From Marsupella aquatica (taxonomy: Eukaryota; Plantae; Marchantiophyta): a DNA stretch of 64,000 nucleotides. Location: NCBI GenBank assembly GCA_973895155.1, contig OZ316896.1:8081539-8145538 (forward strand). Direction: 5' to 3'. The translations under genes were made by a program, and so were the position numbers. The notes beneath the pieces are model-generated. The model did not search any database, had not been told where the DNA came from, and was given only the letters and a program-made list of their open reading frames with translations. This document shows, piece by piece, positions 53,109-64,000 of this stretch (position 1 is the first letter of the stretch; every line of letters starts with the position of its first letter).

Positions 53109-56100
53109 ATGAGAAAGTCACAAAAAATGTTGTTTTTCACAACTTCTCAAAAAACTCGAAACTCAACACCGCCGCGTAGCCCACAAAGCTAGGAGTCCAA
53201 TACTGAAAACCGAAATCAAAATCGAAATTTGACGGAAAAGTTATTCAAATTTCGGTCGAGGTGGGTAAAACCTTGGGAAACTCCCCCGTTTTGACCACCT
53301 CAGGGAATAACCGAAATACCAAGTACAACCCGTTGTCGGAATTGCGATGTGATTGGTGCGCTGCATTGCCAACTTCAATGGCTACGACCTCGCCGAAAAA
53401 TAACCAAAAAAGTTACCGTTCGGTGGATGAAATCTTTGTCGGACGGTCAAAAAATAGCTCTCTGGTTTTTTGGAATATTCTATGACCCTTGTACAGGCCC
53501 TGTGGGAATTTTGGAAGAACAATCGAGGGGCTGACATGTGTCCTCGAACCCCCAAAACCCCCTACCACCCTTCGTCGTCGAAATCTGGTCGCGCGCGCAG
53601 AAAATACACATGGCAGAATGTACCCCTCGACACCAAACGCAAGATATCTCACTCGGGTTTTGACTAAATCAAGATCCGATTTCAGATTTGGAAACTAGAC
53701 TCCGAGGCGATGAAGATCGATATAAGAAGCACCCAAAACGAGGAAAGAACGAGGGAGAAAAAAATTGGTAAAGATGACAGATTTCTCTCAATTGCCATAG
53801 CCAATTTCGAATCAGTTTTTCAAAGAGAAAAAAATGGTACCTTGTCAACAACGAATGTTGATCAATTGCACTTGGTGTCGTCACCAAGTCCAACAAGGTA
53901 ATTGATTTTGCTTAGCCTTCCTCTTTGCATCAAAGAGCCAATCCCGGACTCAAAAACAATCGTCTTGCCTCAATCTCTCCGTTGAGTCAAAACACTTGAC
54001 GCTTCTCCCTCCGAGTCGATTGCCAACTTTCTTCACAAAATCCAGAACGACGAAAACTTAGATCTCTCTGCACCACGAGCTCCGTTCAACGATTTCTTCA
54101 CACCGTTAGAAAGCTCTTGCCCTGATCTATCCGTTGAGCCCATAAACTCCAAGTTCCATGCGATGGAACTCTGGAAAATCCACCAACACTCAACGCTGGA
54201 AAAACCGTCATGAAATCCCGTCACGAACACACGTCACCTCCCAAGCATGCTCTGATACCAATTGTTGAGCATAGACGACGATCGCAACGGCAAGCCCATG
54301 AACCATCCAACGCACAATAGTCGACACAAGAGATACGTGGTTCACCTCCTTGAGGCTACGTCCACGGGAACACACAAGAGAGCTTTACTGAACTCTAAGC
54401 CCGTCGGCTATACCGAGTCTCCACAGTGTAAGCTCTCCCTATCTCTCAAGTGGCTCCATAACAATGAGCCTTGGTTCTACCTCTCCAAGCACACATGCCT
54501 CTTATGATATAGTGTGCAACTTAGTTGTACCTAACCACATAGTTGTACCTAACCACATAGTTGTACCTAATCACGTAGTTGTACCTAACCACATAGTTGT
54601 ACCTAATCACGTAGTTGTACCTAACCACATAGTTGTACCTAATCACGTAGTTGTACCTAACCACGTAGTTGTACCAACCCACGTTGTTGTACCAACCACG
54701 TCATACCTAACCTAGACGTAAGAGTAAATACCCAACATTTTTTTCTCAACAACATCTTGGCCGACATGACATCTTTTTTTCTCAACGACCTCTTGGCCGA
54801 CATGACATATTTTTTGCAATGAACTCTTGGCCGAAACAACATCTTTTTTTTAACGACATCTTGCCCGACTTGACTTCTTTTGTACAACGCACAGGTATTG
54901 AGCTAGTTTATCATAATATGGAGGGATATGGGCATATATATTTTGATGTGCATACCTAGACCCGGGACATATGAGCTCATTCCCCTTTGGACTCCCCAGG
55001 TACAAAGGGGATAGAGATCATGTCAGGAGGTACAGTTGTACCAGTAGGGTGAGGGAGAAGCATAGCTATGTACTTTCCCTTTGGAGCTCTCGTACACCAA
55101 ACCCAAGGTCCTATGTGAGCTCATACGGGGCTCCTCATATTTAATGAGGGCTTTTAAGCAACAACGACAATGGAGACTTGGCGACAAGAGGGAGAGCAAC
55201 AAGATGATGAGGGAGAGTGACGAGGAAGCGACAACGACTCCAGAGACTACCCTGGCCCTCGCCTGGACCCAACCAGCTTATTTTTTAGGTGCAATTTTTT
55301 GCCAAATTCCACGTCCCAAAAAAGGTTTTGCCACTTTTGCCAAAAATTGCTAGATTCTCTGCATACCACTTGCCACTTCTCCACCAAATCATGGACTCCA
55401 TTTGCCAGAATCTAACGGTTGTCCATAAATCAAGGGATATCTGACAATCAGGATATAATTCAGGAAATTTTGATAAAGAATATTCCAAGCATCTCCCATG
55501 TTAGAGAGGCTAGCATTTTCCCCACTGGCTAAATCAACAAAAAAAATGTTTTAGAATATGCTGGACCCAACATCCCGGGGTGGAATGAATCCCAAGACCC
55601 CAGGGTCCCATCCCCAACCCTAACTCAATCTTGGCCAGGGTCCCAACTCCCTCTCATGCGTAATTAAAAAATCCTTAAAGAGTCAAATGTAAAGGTAAAT
55701 AATTCTTAAAACGGATAGTAAAAACTTGAATCATTCTTAAAGATGTAAATATAATGTCAGAAAGATGTTGACTGACAGGTATTAAGGTATCTATCCTTAG
55801 GTATCCTTTTGAAACTTAGATGAGCTTGACCTTTGAATATAGGCCAAGATGAGCTTAGGGTTTAGGCCCTAAACCCTAAACCTTCCCATCTCCTCACAGG
55901 CTCATGCTCCCAGCAGCCTGTGGTCCCGTTTGGTGCTCTCCTTTCTCCTTTTCAGGGTCCCGTTTTCATTGTTGTCTTCCTGTTATTTTTTCTCTCTGAA
56001 TTTTTAGAGAGCTGATTCGTGTTGCTCGCTCCTACTCGTTTCAACTTGGTACTCCTGATTTACGCTCGGTGCTCGTTCTTGTTTCGCTGGGTGCTGCTAA

Positions 56101-56519
56101 TTTCTGGCTTGGTTGCTGCCACTGATTTTTGCTGCCACTCATAGGGCTTTAGCGGTTTGGCTCCTTCATTTTCTCGTGCTTCTACTTTGCTTTTGCTTCT
56201 CAGCGCTCGGCTCTGCTTTTGCTTCCTAGTGCTTGGTTCTTGTTCAGTGCTCAATGCTCTCAGGTCTTAGTGCTTGGTCTCATTAATGGCTTTTTCCTTT
56301 TGAAAATGGTTTCATATTTTGCAAATGAATAATAAAACAAATTGAAGCCTTCCTGGCTATCCATTTGGTCCTCTTTGAATCTGCGCTGTCCATTGTTTAT
56401 CCCTTCTCAAAATCTTGTCCGTCCACATCAGAAGGCAATCTACAACGCAAATGAACAATCTCAAGGAGATCTATGGCCTCATGTTTTAGGTTCCGAAAAT
56501 GAGTAAATATTTTTCAAAA

Positions 56520-57300
56520 TAAAAATGAATGAGTTTATCTGTTTTCTCCTCTTTCTCCTCTTTCTCCTCCCCATCTTTCTGTTTTCCTGAACCCTGCTAT
56601 CCATTACGCCCCTTATTACAATACCATAACTCCTTAAATACCTGGAGATGAGGTTTAATAATAAAGTAAAAACCAACAGCATATGTCTCCTATGTACTCC
56701 CACAGCTTCCGGGACAAAAGGCCCTTTCAGAACTAGTAGGTCGGGGTCTACCTCCTCGAATCTCAATTGTCAACTTTCCAGTCTTGAGTCTCAAAAGAAA
56801 TTAATTGAGCCGTTTGAGAGGGCGTGAGATTGAACAGATTCGTATGTCATCCGTCGCCTTGGCTTCGTCTGGCCCACCTCCGTAGACTTCCCAGAAAACT
56901 CTGAATGGACATTTAACTTTTGCATGACTGTGCACCCTTTCAAATAACGGCATGTACCCCCGAGTAATCAATTCATGCTGTGCGAATACTTTTGTCAGAT
57001 CCGCCAGCGACCCGTCCATAGGTTTGGCAAATACGTTTTTTTAGCTACTGGATCCTGTCGTACCGGATCCTCTCGTACCGAATCCCGCAGATACCTGATC
57101 GGGTCCAGAGATTTGTTCACATCCGTATCGGATCCTCCATAGGTGCTTCCGCTGACATATGAATGGTATTTGATGAAATCTTCAGCTGGCTTGTGAATTG
57201 AGCTCAATGAAATCTTTCGAGGCAAAACTGTTGGCTAAGTCCTGTCTAGAAACGTCTCCTGTAGAACCTATGGTAGAGAGGCAGTTGGCTCAAACCTCCA
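56520..57300 (-). pseudogene. Degenerate LINE-like 3' remnant
   Basis: Broken ORFs 56995-57225 and 56801-57019, then FLLRLKTGKLTIEIRGGRPRPTSSERAFCPGSC, resembling the C-terminal zinc-binding region of LINE ORF2. Confidence 0.4.
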
Positions 57301-57312
57301 CCACTAGCTCCC

Positions 57313-57500
57313 GTCTAAATAGAGGGCTGACCACTCCTACCAGTCTAAATAGAGGGCTGACGATTCCTCCCAGTCTAAATAGAGGGCTGACCACTCCTAC
57401 CAGTCTAAATAGAGGGCTGACCACTCCTTCCTGGTCTATATGGGCGGCTGACCACTCCTTCTGGTCTAAATTGATGGCTGGCCAGTCCTTCTGGAATATG
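57313..57500. repeat. 30-bp tandem repeat (4 good and ~2 degenerate copies)
   Basis: GTCTAAATAGAGGGCTGACCACTCCTACCA at 57313, 57343, 57373 and 57403. Confidence 0.92.
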
Positions 57501-58752
57501 TAGACGGCTGGACCAAGCCAAGTCATCAATAAAGTTTGAAACTCGCATCTGAGAAGCCCTCAAGCATGTGTCCTATTACAATCATGACACTTTCGGGAAA
57601 AAGCAGCACTTTCTTAATCTCACACACATCTGGTTCCCTACATAAAAGAGTATACAACAGGTGTATAGTTTTTTTAAAAAGTTTTTTTACAAGGCAAAGG
57701 TAGGGACCTACAAGGGCTAGAAAGGTTTAGGCCTCTGCCTTTGGAAATGCATGGATCATGCTTGGGTCATCAGGAGGTTCAGCTGGGTACATCTCATCAG
57801 TGATATGATGGCATGTGTGTCATTTAGGGCTGCAATTTGAAGGGCCTGGAACATGCGAGTTGGGCTTAAGATTACAACAGCTTGTGGTCTAAAGAGACGG
57901 GTGTACTGAGCTAAGCATCAAACTCAGACCCAGACCACTTTTTCCGTTGAACTAAACTGAGCCAACAAAGAAGTCTTGATCTGAGAGTGCATGGAGCTAA
58001 GCCAAACAACAGGGTGAGCTAGCTAAGTCAAATAACAGACTCTAATTAATCTGAGAGTGCAAATCACGGTCTAAATAGATGGCTGTATTGAGCTAAAGTT
58101 AACTCAGACCCATATCACTAGGGTCACAAGAAAGATACATGTTGTCAGATTAGATCAAATGTTAACGATTAACTGTGACAGTTTATTTATGATATTTATT
58201 GAAATCATAATTTTCTACTATTTAAAAAAAGTTGTTTTATTCATGTTCACCCCAAGGCCATTGAATTTATTCACTCTTTGGCTCACAATATGTAAAAGAA
58301 GATTCATTTTGGGGGGGAATTTAAGAATAATTGCATAAAATCAAATGGCACTAAGGTACAGGGACTCCAGATGGACCCGGGATCTTTAGTTGGCCTCTTC
58401 ACACTAATTAAAACCGTATTGTAGTCCATAATATTGGAGACAACGTATAATGAGGCCTACTTTTTGACCCTTCACGACAATTGAACAGGGTTCACCCAGT
58501 AAAGAGAGCTCAGAACGAAAAAACGCTAAATGTCCTTGGGCACTCTTGAGTCTCTCAAACTTTGTTGGTGTCACCATTCACAAAAACAGTTGCAGCTGGC
58601 TCAGAACAAAGAATCCCGGTCATCAGAGAGAGACAGAGACCGAGACCGAGCGACACACAGAGCGCAATTCGATCAATTCGATTGAGCACTTACGGTGATT
58701 GCGTGGCTTCTGGTAAGAAAAACGAGAGAGCACAGTTTGCGAACAGTAGAAC

Positions 58753-61700
58753 ATGGCGAGCGATGCGTGCTGCACACCAGCCCCGCCTGCTGAGCATCTC
58801 GATGAGGGGAAGATGGGAACCATTGGGGGGTTACCGGCTTACCTTAACAATCCGTCTGCCAACGCGGCCATTATTATGGCTCCCGATGTCTTCGGTATGT
58901 GATGGGTCCCTAGCTCTCTCTCTCTCTGTGTTTCCAGGTTGTGCTGCCGGTGATGTATTTAGCAACGAAGAAATTCCGGAAGCGAGGATCAGTAGCAGCT
59001 AGTCGAGCTCTCTGCAGCAGACCCACGTGGTGGTGATCTGTGAGGCTGATCTACATTCTAATTGTGTCTCCCTTATCGATCTCTCTTATGCTTACGTTAC
59101 GCCGAATTAAAGTGCTCACGCCGTTCGTTGGCAAGGGTATTGGGAGGTCTTGTACAATCGCTGCTGATGCCATAGATGGCCCACTTTTATTGTTTGGAAC
59201 TGCCTAGTCACTTTCATTTGCTGTCCATCTTTCTCTTTACAGTTACATGAACTGATTCGATCCTCCTGAACAAGGAATGGATTGATTATCACCTTTCTAG
59301 TTTATCGAAATGGGCAGGATTTCAAAAGAACGCAGCACCTCGTTGGTCATTCAAAAGATCTATGTAATTAAGTGATGATTCTATCTCTTTTCGGGATATC
59401 GGGGTGCTCTGGGGAGGTAATTATGCATGACGTTCATCCCTCTTTCGTGGCTCGTTTGCGCAGGTTCTGGTGCCCCTCTGGTAAGGTATGTGTCCTGGGC
59501 TTCTCCGAGTTGTTGCTGCTTTGCAAGTTTGCCAAATCATTTGTCTCAGTCCAGGGTTGATAAATTCTTTCCTTCGGCATCACCGGAAGTTTGGGCATCT
59601 GAGGTCGTCCGAGAAAAAATTATTTCCAGTGAACCGTTCGTATAATTGGACAACTTACTTTCGTTTAAACGTCTCTCTGGATCTTTTCTGCCTACGCATA
59701 AATTGTGAAGGCTGGGTTGGGTTTTCCTAATCAAATCTCGAGCCTCGTTTGACCAGCTGGAAGTGCCAATTAATGAAAGGACTGTAACACTCAGGCCGCC
59801 CCATATGGATGAAAATTCCTCAGATTCTCCACGTCAGCTCAATCTGACAGCTTGGCGTTTTTCGACGTTAATTTCTCTAATAAACTTGTTTTTCGAATCG
59901 GTGTTCTGTAACGTGGTATAATTATGAGTTCCACCCGTTTGGCTTGAAGTCAGCGGGAAGTTTTTCCTGGAACTGTGAATGAATAAGATTTCGTCTTCAA
60001 ATTTGACTGTCTTGGTTGTGGGTCATGTGAGTCAGGAAGCTTGCGGACAAAATTGCTGCCGCAGGCTTCTACGCGGTTCTGCCCGATCTTTTACTTGGAG
60101 ATCCTTATATCCCGAAAGATCTATCAGCTCCTTTCGCGAATATTGGGCCTTGGATTGCCGTTCATCACCCGGTAATTGTCTTTCTCACTGTAAAAGTGGC
60201 TGAGGGTTGTTGGACTGCTTGCTCCAATTTACATTCACAATTGGGTACTCCTGCCGATATAACATTGGATATAACATTGATCCCGTTAAGTGTCGCTGGA
60301 GTGTAATTGGACAATTAAAGGGCGTTGCTTCGGAGGTCTGTGATGGCCACCCTAGATTTGGCAGCAATTGTCACGAGTTTTCACTATGATACATCTCTGT
60401 GGCGAATCTCCCTGTTTACAAGCTTGTTCGAATAAATGTTGTGAACTCGTTCATTCATTGATTTGTTTACTCATTATCAAGTGCCAGAGTCGGTAGTGCA
60501 CATCATCGGGTAGGCTGCAGGGCTTTGTTCTCTCGTCCTTGAGCAAGGATGTTAATCTTCACGTTAGGTTCGTAGCGCTGACTGAGTTTGTAATAATTTA
60601 AACGTCTCTAGGATATCAGAATATATTTGACTGTGTTGTGCCATCATCCCAGGATGCAAGTATTGACGTGACTAAAGCGATTATCAAGGAGCTGAAGGAG
60701 CAAGGGTTTCAGTCAATTGGAATTGCAGGCTTTTGCTGGGGAGGTGATTGCGTTCACACATGACATTGTCCTCAATTAAAAGCTTACTCTCAAATATAAT
60801 TTGCATGTGTCTGAGAAAGTGATCGCGCCTATCTGCATACTCAATGAAGTTCAGTTATGAACCATCAGTGGACAATCTTTGCCAACTTCCTCATCCGCAA
60901 GCGGTCGTACCCTAAATTGATCTAGTCCATGGGAAGGGTCTTGTAGGAAATTTACCCCCGAAGTTACCTTGACTGCTCGCAAGAAGGTTCCTTCCCGTGC
61001 AGGACACAAACAAAGATAGATTATTGTTTAGGCGACTTCGTTTCAGAAATTGGTGCTACCAATCTATTGCAACAGCATTATGTGATTATCGCAAGTGAGC
61101 CAACCAGGGGCTCTTTGGCAATATGCTTGTCGCTATGTGATGCAGCTAGACTTGCTGCCATGATTGGAAAGGAGGAGGATCTACTCAAAGGCATAATCTT
61201 GTCACATCCTTCATTTACTACAATTGAGAATGTCAAAGGTAACTCATTATGTAGGTTGTTGACTGTAATCTATAATCTGTACTGTAACTCGTTAGAATCA
61301 TACTAAACCCTCCATGTTACACATTGTGTATGAGACAAAGTTGATGTGTGATCTGTGATCCATTTGGTGTATTCTACAATCTTCTCATTTGAGATCCGAC
61401 GGTTGTGAATGATCCTGACTCCACAGATGTGAAGGTTCCAACGGCAATTCTAAGCTCTGAGCTGGACGATTTTACACCTCCCGCCCTGGCTCTTCAGTTT
61501 AAGGAAATTCTGGCTACCAAGCCTGTAAGTTTCGTTTCCTTCGAAATTGTTACTTCTGATAATTCGTGCATTTTGAGACTATGAAAATCTGTTGTTTTTC
61601 CTCCTCTCTGGCGTTTGCCTCCCAAGGATTAGTTTGGTTTTGATGCAGTCAAATGCGGCAATTTCATTGTCGGGATTTGCATATTATTTTTAATTCTCGA

Positions 61701-62052
61701 CTTAATCATATTGAAAGCTCCTGTGTTGTCGATTTGGGAGCAGAGTTTGTCATTTGTTTGCTGCAACTATTACGTTTTGTTTAGAGGTCTTCCACTTATT
61801 TAGGCAGGAGAGCTCTAAACAGGAAGTTGTCAATCTTCAACAATTCATTTAATCTGTCATCTTTATTTGTCCATGTAGTACACTCACATAGAAATTGCTC
61901 ATCTGGTTCAGTTTCCCAGCCTGGTGAAGATTTTCCCCGGCCAGACTCATGGTTGGACTATCAGGTATGATGTGAACGATCCACATGAGGTGAAGGGTGC
62001 TGAGGAAGCACACGCAGATATGCTGGAGTTTGCAAAGAAGGTCCTTTTGTAA
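58753..62052 (+). CDS. Dienelactone hydrolase family alpha/beta hydrolase (plant endo-1,3;1,4-beta-D-glucanase-like), 7 exons, 240 aa
   Basis: Exons 58753-58894, 59464-59485, 60036-60171, 60653-60743, 61146-61238, 61427-61524 and 61912-62052 (723 nt). Motifs CC..P, DVFG, RKLADKIA, GFCWGA (Cys nucleophile), HPS, ELD and HGWTIR. Confidence 0.93.
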
Positions 62053-62519
62053 TCAGATTCTTCTACTTTGTGTTGTTTATCGCAAACAGACTCAGGAGTG
62101 ACGAGTAGATTGTATGTGGATGATAAGGTACTCCTCCTATTTTGAGAAATAAATAAATTGGAATGTGAACATTGTATTTGTAGTCAGAGAGGTTTGTTTG
62201 TCCTCACTCTTTGACTTTTATGATACAAAATGCAAGTAACTTTATGTTATATGAGCAACTATGTCATATGAGCAACCCTGATGTGCGGCTACACAGATTC
62301 TCAAATGAGTTTGGAATGTCATTTTTAACCAAAAGTTTGGAAAGGAGGAGGATCTTCAGTGTGGGTGTAGTGATTTTGCCATACCAGGTCTGGGTCTCCC
62401 TCTTTATCTACAGTTCTAGATTACGTAAAAGTGTCTCGTTAGGTAAACATTCAGACAGAAATCTGTCCTCTTCACTCCCAGCCCAATGTGTCCTAGCCCT
62501 TGGGAACTTACATTTATCT

Positions 62520-62828
62520 CTTGGGGCCTCAAATTAAGGGGTGTTTCATATGAAGCCCAAAGTTTTGGGTAAATAAACACTTAAGCACTCTAAAACATAA
62601 TTATATATAATTTTTTAAACAAATGTTTTTACAATAGAATATTCTTGGAATATGTTCATATTTTGTTTAAATAGACCATCTAGTAGACCATGTGATTAAT
62701 TCTCAAAATGGGATTTAGATACCCCTATCGTCCTTCCACAAATTTTTTAAATCTTTCACTAAACCCAATTAAAACCCGGATAATTATTTGTGATGCTGGG
62801 GCAAGCTAGAAGAAGTGAGGACCTTGGA
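62520..62828. mobile_element. Degenerate third MITE of the CT(C/T)GGGG family (309 bp)
   Basis: Starts CTTGGGGCCTCA and ends AGTGAGGACCTTGGA. Flanks ATTTATCT / ATTCATCT match 7/8, and it shares GAATATTCTTGGAATAT with the 6548 MITE. Confidence 0.45.
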
Positions 62829-63218
62829 ATTCATCTTTGTCTGGACATTTATTTGGCCCCAAAGCCATCATTTGGAAGTGACAAAAATCAAATGTTAGAG
62901 ACATCCGTTTTTTCAGTGCTTTGCAAGATAATCAAACACTAAAGTAACATATCCCACTGAAAACCTTGTTGTCAGTTTACAAAATGATAATCATTCAAGC
63001 AGGAGCCAATCTTGGCCCTTTGCGGAAAACTACTCTACTTGCACTAGGAAACCCCCCATGCACCTCTGAACATAAATAAAATAAAGAGAATAATTATTTA
63101 TCTAAAAAATGGAAGTTAAAACAAAAGCGAAAAAAATGAAAACCAACAATATTGCTTCCTACCGCGCTGACATGTTTTACTCCATGATGCAATGGTGGCT
63201 TTCTTGTGTCCCCACTCC

Positions 63219-64000
63219 TACACGTTTGTCCCTGGTTTGGACTTGTCGGACAAATAGGAGGATTTGGGACGACAAATGACATATGTCGTCCCGGTCGATC
63301 CCGATTGATCCCGGCCGGGTGACAGGGTCGGGCCGGGAGAAAGTAGAGGCGGGCCGGGAGCAGGGTCGGGACCCCGAACCGGTCCTCCCCAGCCCGGCCG
63401 CGTCCCCCCCCCTGGACCTCCCCCTCCCACTGGCCCCGCTGCCCTCCCCGACCCCCCCTCTCTCCCATCCCGGTCCTCCCCGGCCCGGCTGTCTCCCCCC
63501 GGACCTCCCCTCCCCCCCAGACCTCCCCTCCCCCCCGGCCTTGCTCCCCGCCCCAACCCCGCCTCCCGTCCTGGTCCAGCTGTCTCCCCCGGTACCTCCA
63601 CTCCCCCCCGGCCCTGGTCCCCGCCCCGATCCTGCCCCTCGCCCGGGTCCTCCCCGACCCCCCGACCTCCCCTAACCCCCCCCCCGACCCCGTGCCCCAC
63701 TGCAGCCCCGACCCCCGAACCCCGAACCCCCGGCCCCGACCCTAAACCGGGGGCCGGCTCACTTAACCGAGGGAGTCAGGGACATGGCCGGGAGATTTTA
63801 GGACCGGGCCGGGAAAGTTTTTGACCAGGCCGGGAGGGTCGGGACAGTGTGGGACTCGGCCGGGAGGGGTCGAGAGAATTCAAGACCGGGCCGGGTATGG
63901 GCCAGGAATTTTTTGGTCCCGGCCGGGGAATATAAGGGAATATTGGACAAATAGGGCGTTTTTGGGCGGACAAGTTGTCATTTGTCGTGTCGGACAAGGA
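63219..64000. mobile_element. GC-rich, probably non-autonomous TIR element running off the right edge
   Basis: Subterminal GGACAA/TTGTCC motifs at both sides, inverted pair CGACAAATGACA (~63270) / TGTCATTTGTCG (~63976), C-run core and CCGGG repeats. Confidence 0.45.

Larger units (their letters stand above)
48135..54737 (-). mobile_element. Ty1/copia LTR retrotransposon (Tork-like), full length and very recent
   Basis: 475-bp LTRs at 48135-48609 and 54263-54737, identical by eye. TSD TTTTT; PBS TGGTATCAGAGC (tRNA-Met) at 54249-54260; PPT AGGGGAAGAT at about 48610-48619; leader of about 1.1 kb. Confidence 0.97.
41132..54906 (+). mobile_element. Non-autonomous Helitron 2 hosting two Copia insertions
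   Basis: 5' end A|TCAAGAACTATAATACAAGGG; 3' end GTACAACGCACAGGTATTGAGCTAG|T (decayed GTGCAACGCAC hairpin plus CTAG at 54903-54906); no TSD. Confidence 0.6.

Noticed and set aside
55855-55882. TTAGGGTTTAGG-CCCTAAACCCTAAA as a telomere fusion scar
   Set aside because: Only about two units per side; short telo-box-like motifs are common in plant repeats.
63094-63997. Pro-rich or Gly-rich ORFs resembling extensin or collagen
   Set aside because: Open frames arise from low-complexity GC sequence; no gene structure.

Overview
Eukaryotic plant DNA, most likely from a non-seed land plant (inferred from gene structure and TE lineages, not proven). It holds two intact intron-rich host genes: a 19-exon cytosolic-type NADP-malic enzyme (28600-34471, +) and a 7-exon dienelactone-hydrolase-family gene (58753-62052, +). 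The rest is dense nested transposon sequence. (1) A PIF/Harbinger element has a transposase, a convergent trihelix/Myb ORF1 and a captured PRP17/CDC40 fragment. (2) An Athila-like Ty3/gypsy element interrupts that ORF1; its surviving 3' LTR appears to be about 3.8 kb and to contain an ~825-codon ORF. (3) Two related multi-ORF elements have CACGC-type termini, each with its own AATT-centred palindrome. (4) Smaller or decayed elements include three hAT-type MITEs, a chromovirus remnant, a CRE-type non-LTR fragment and a SINE-like relic. (5) Two head-to-tail Helitron-like elements are present; the second hosts two Ty1/copia elements with apparently identical LTRs, one Bianca-like and one Tork-like with a single stop at the gag/pol junction. 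All calls come from manual reading; no database searches were run.
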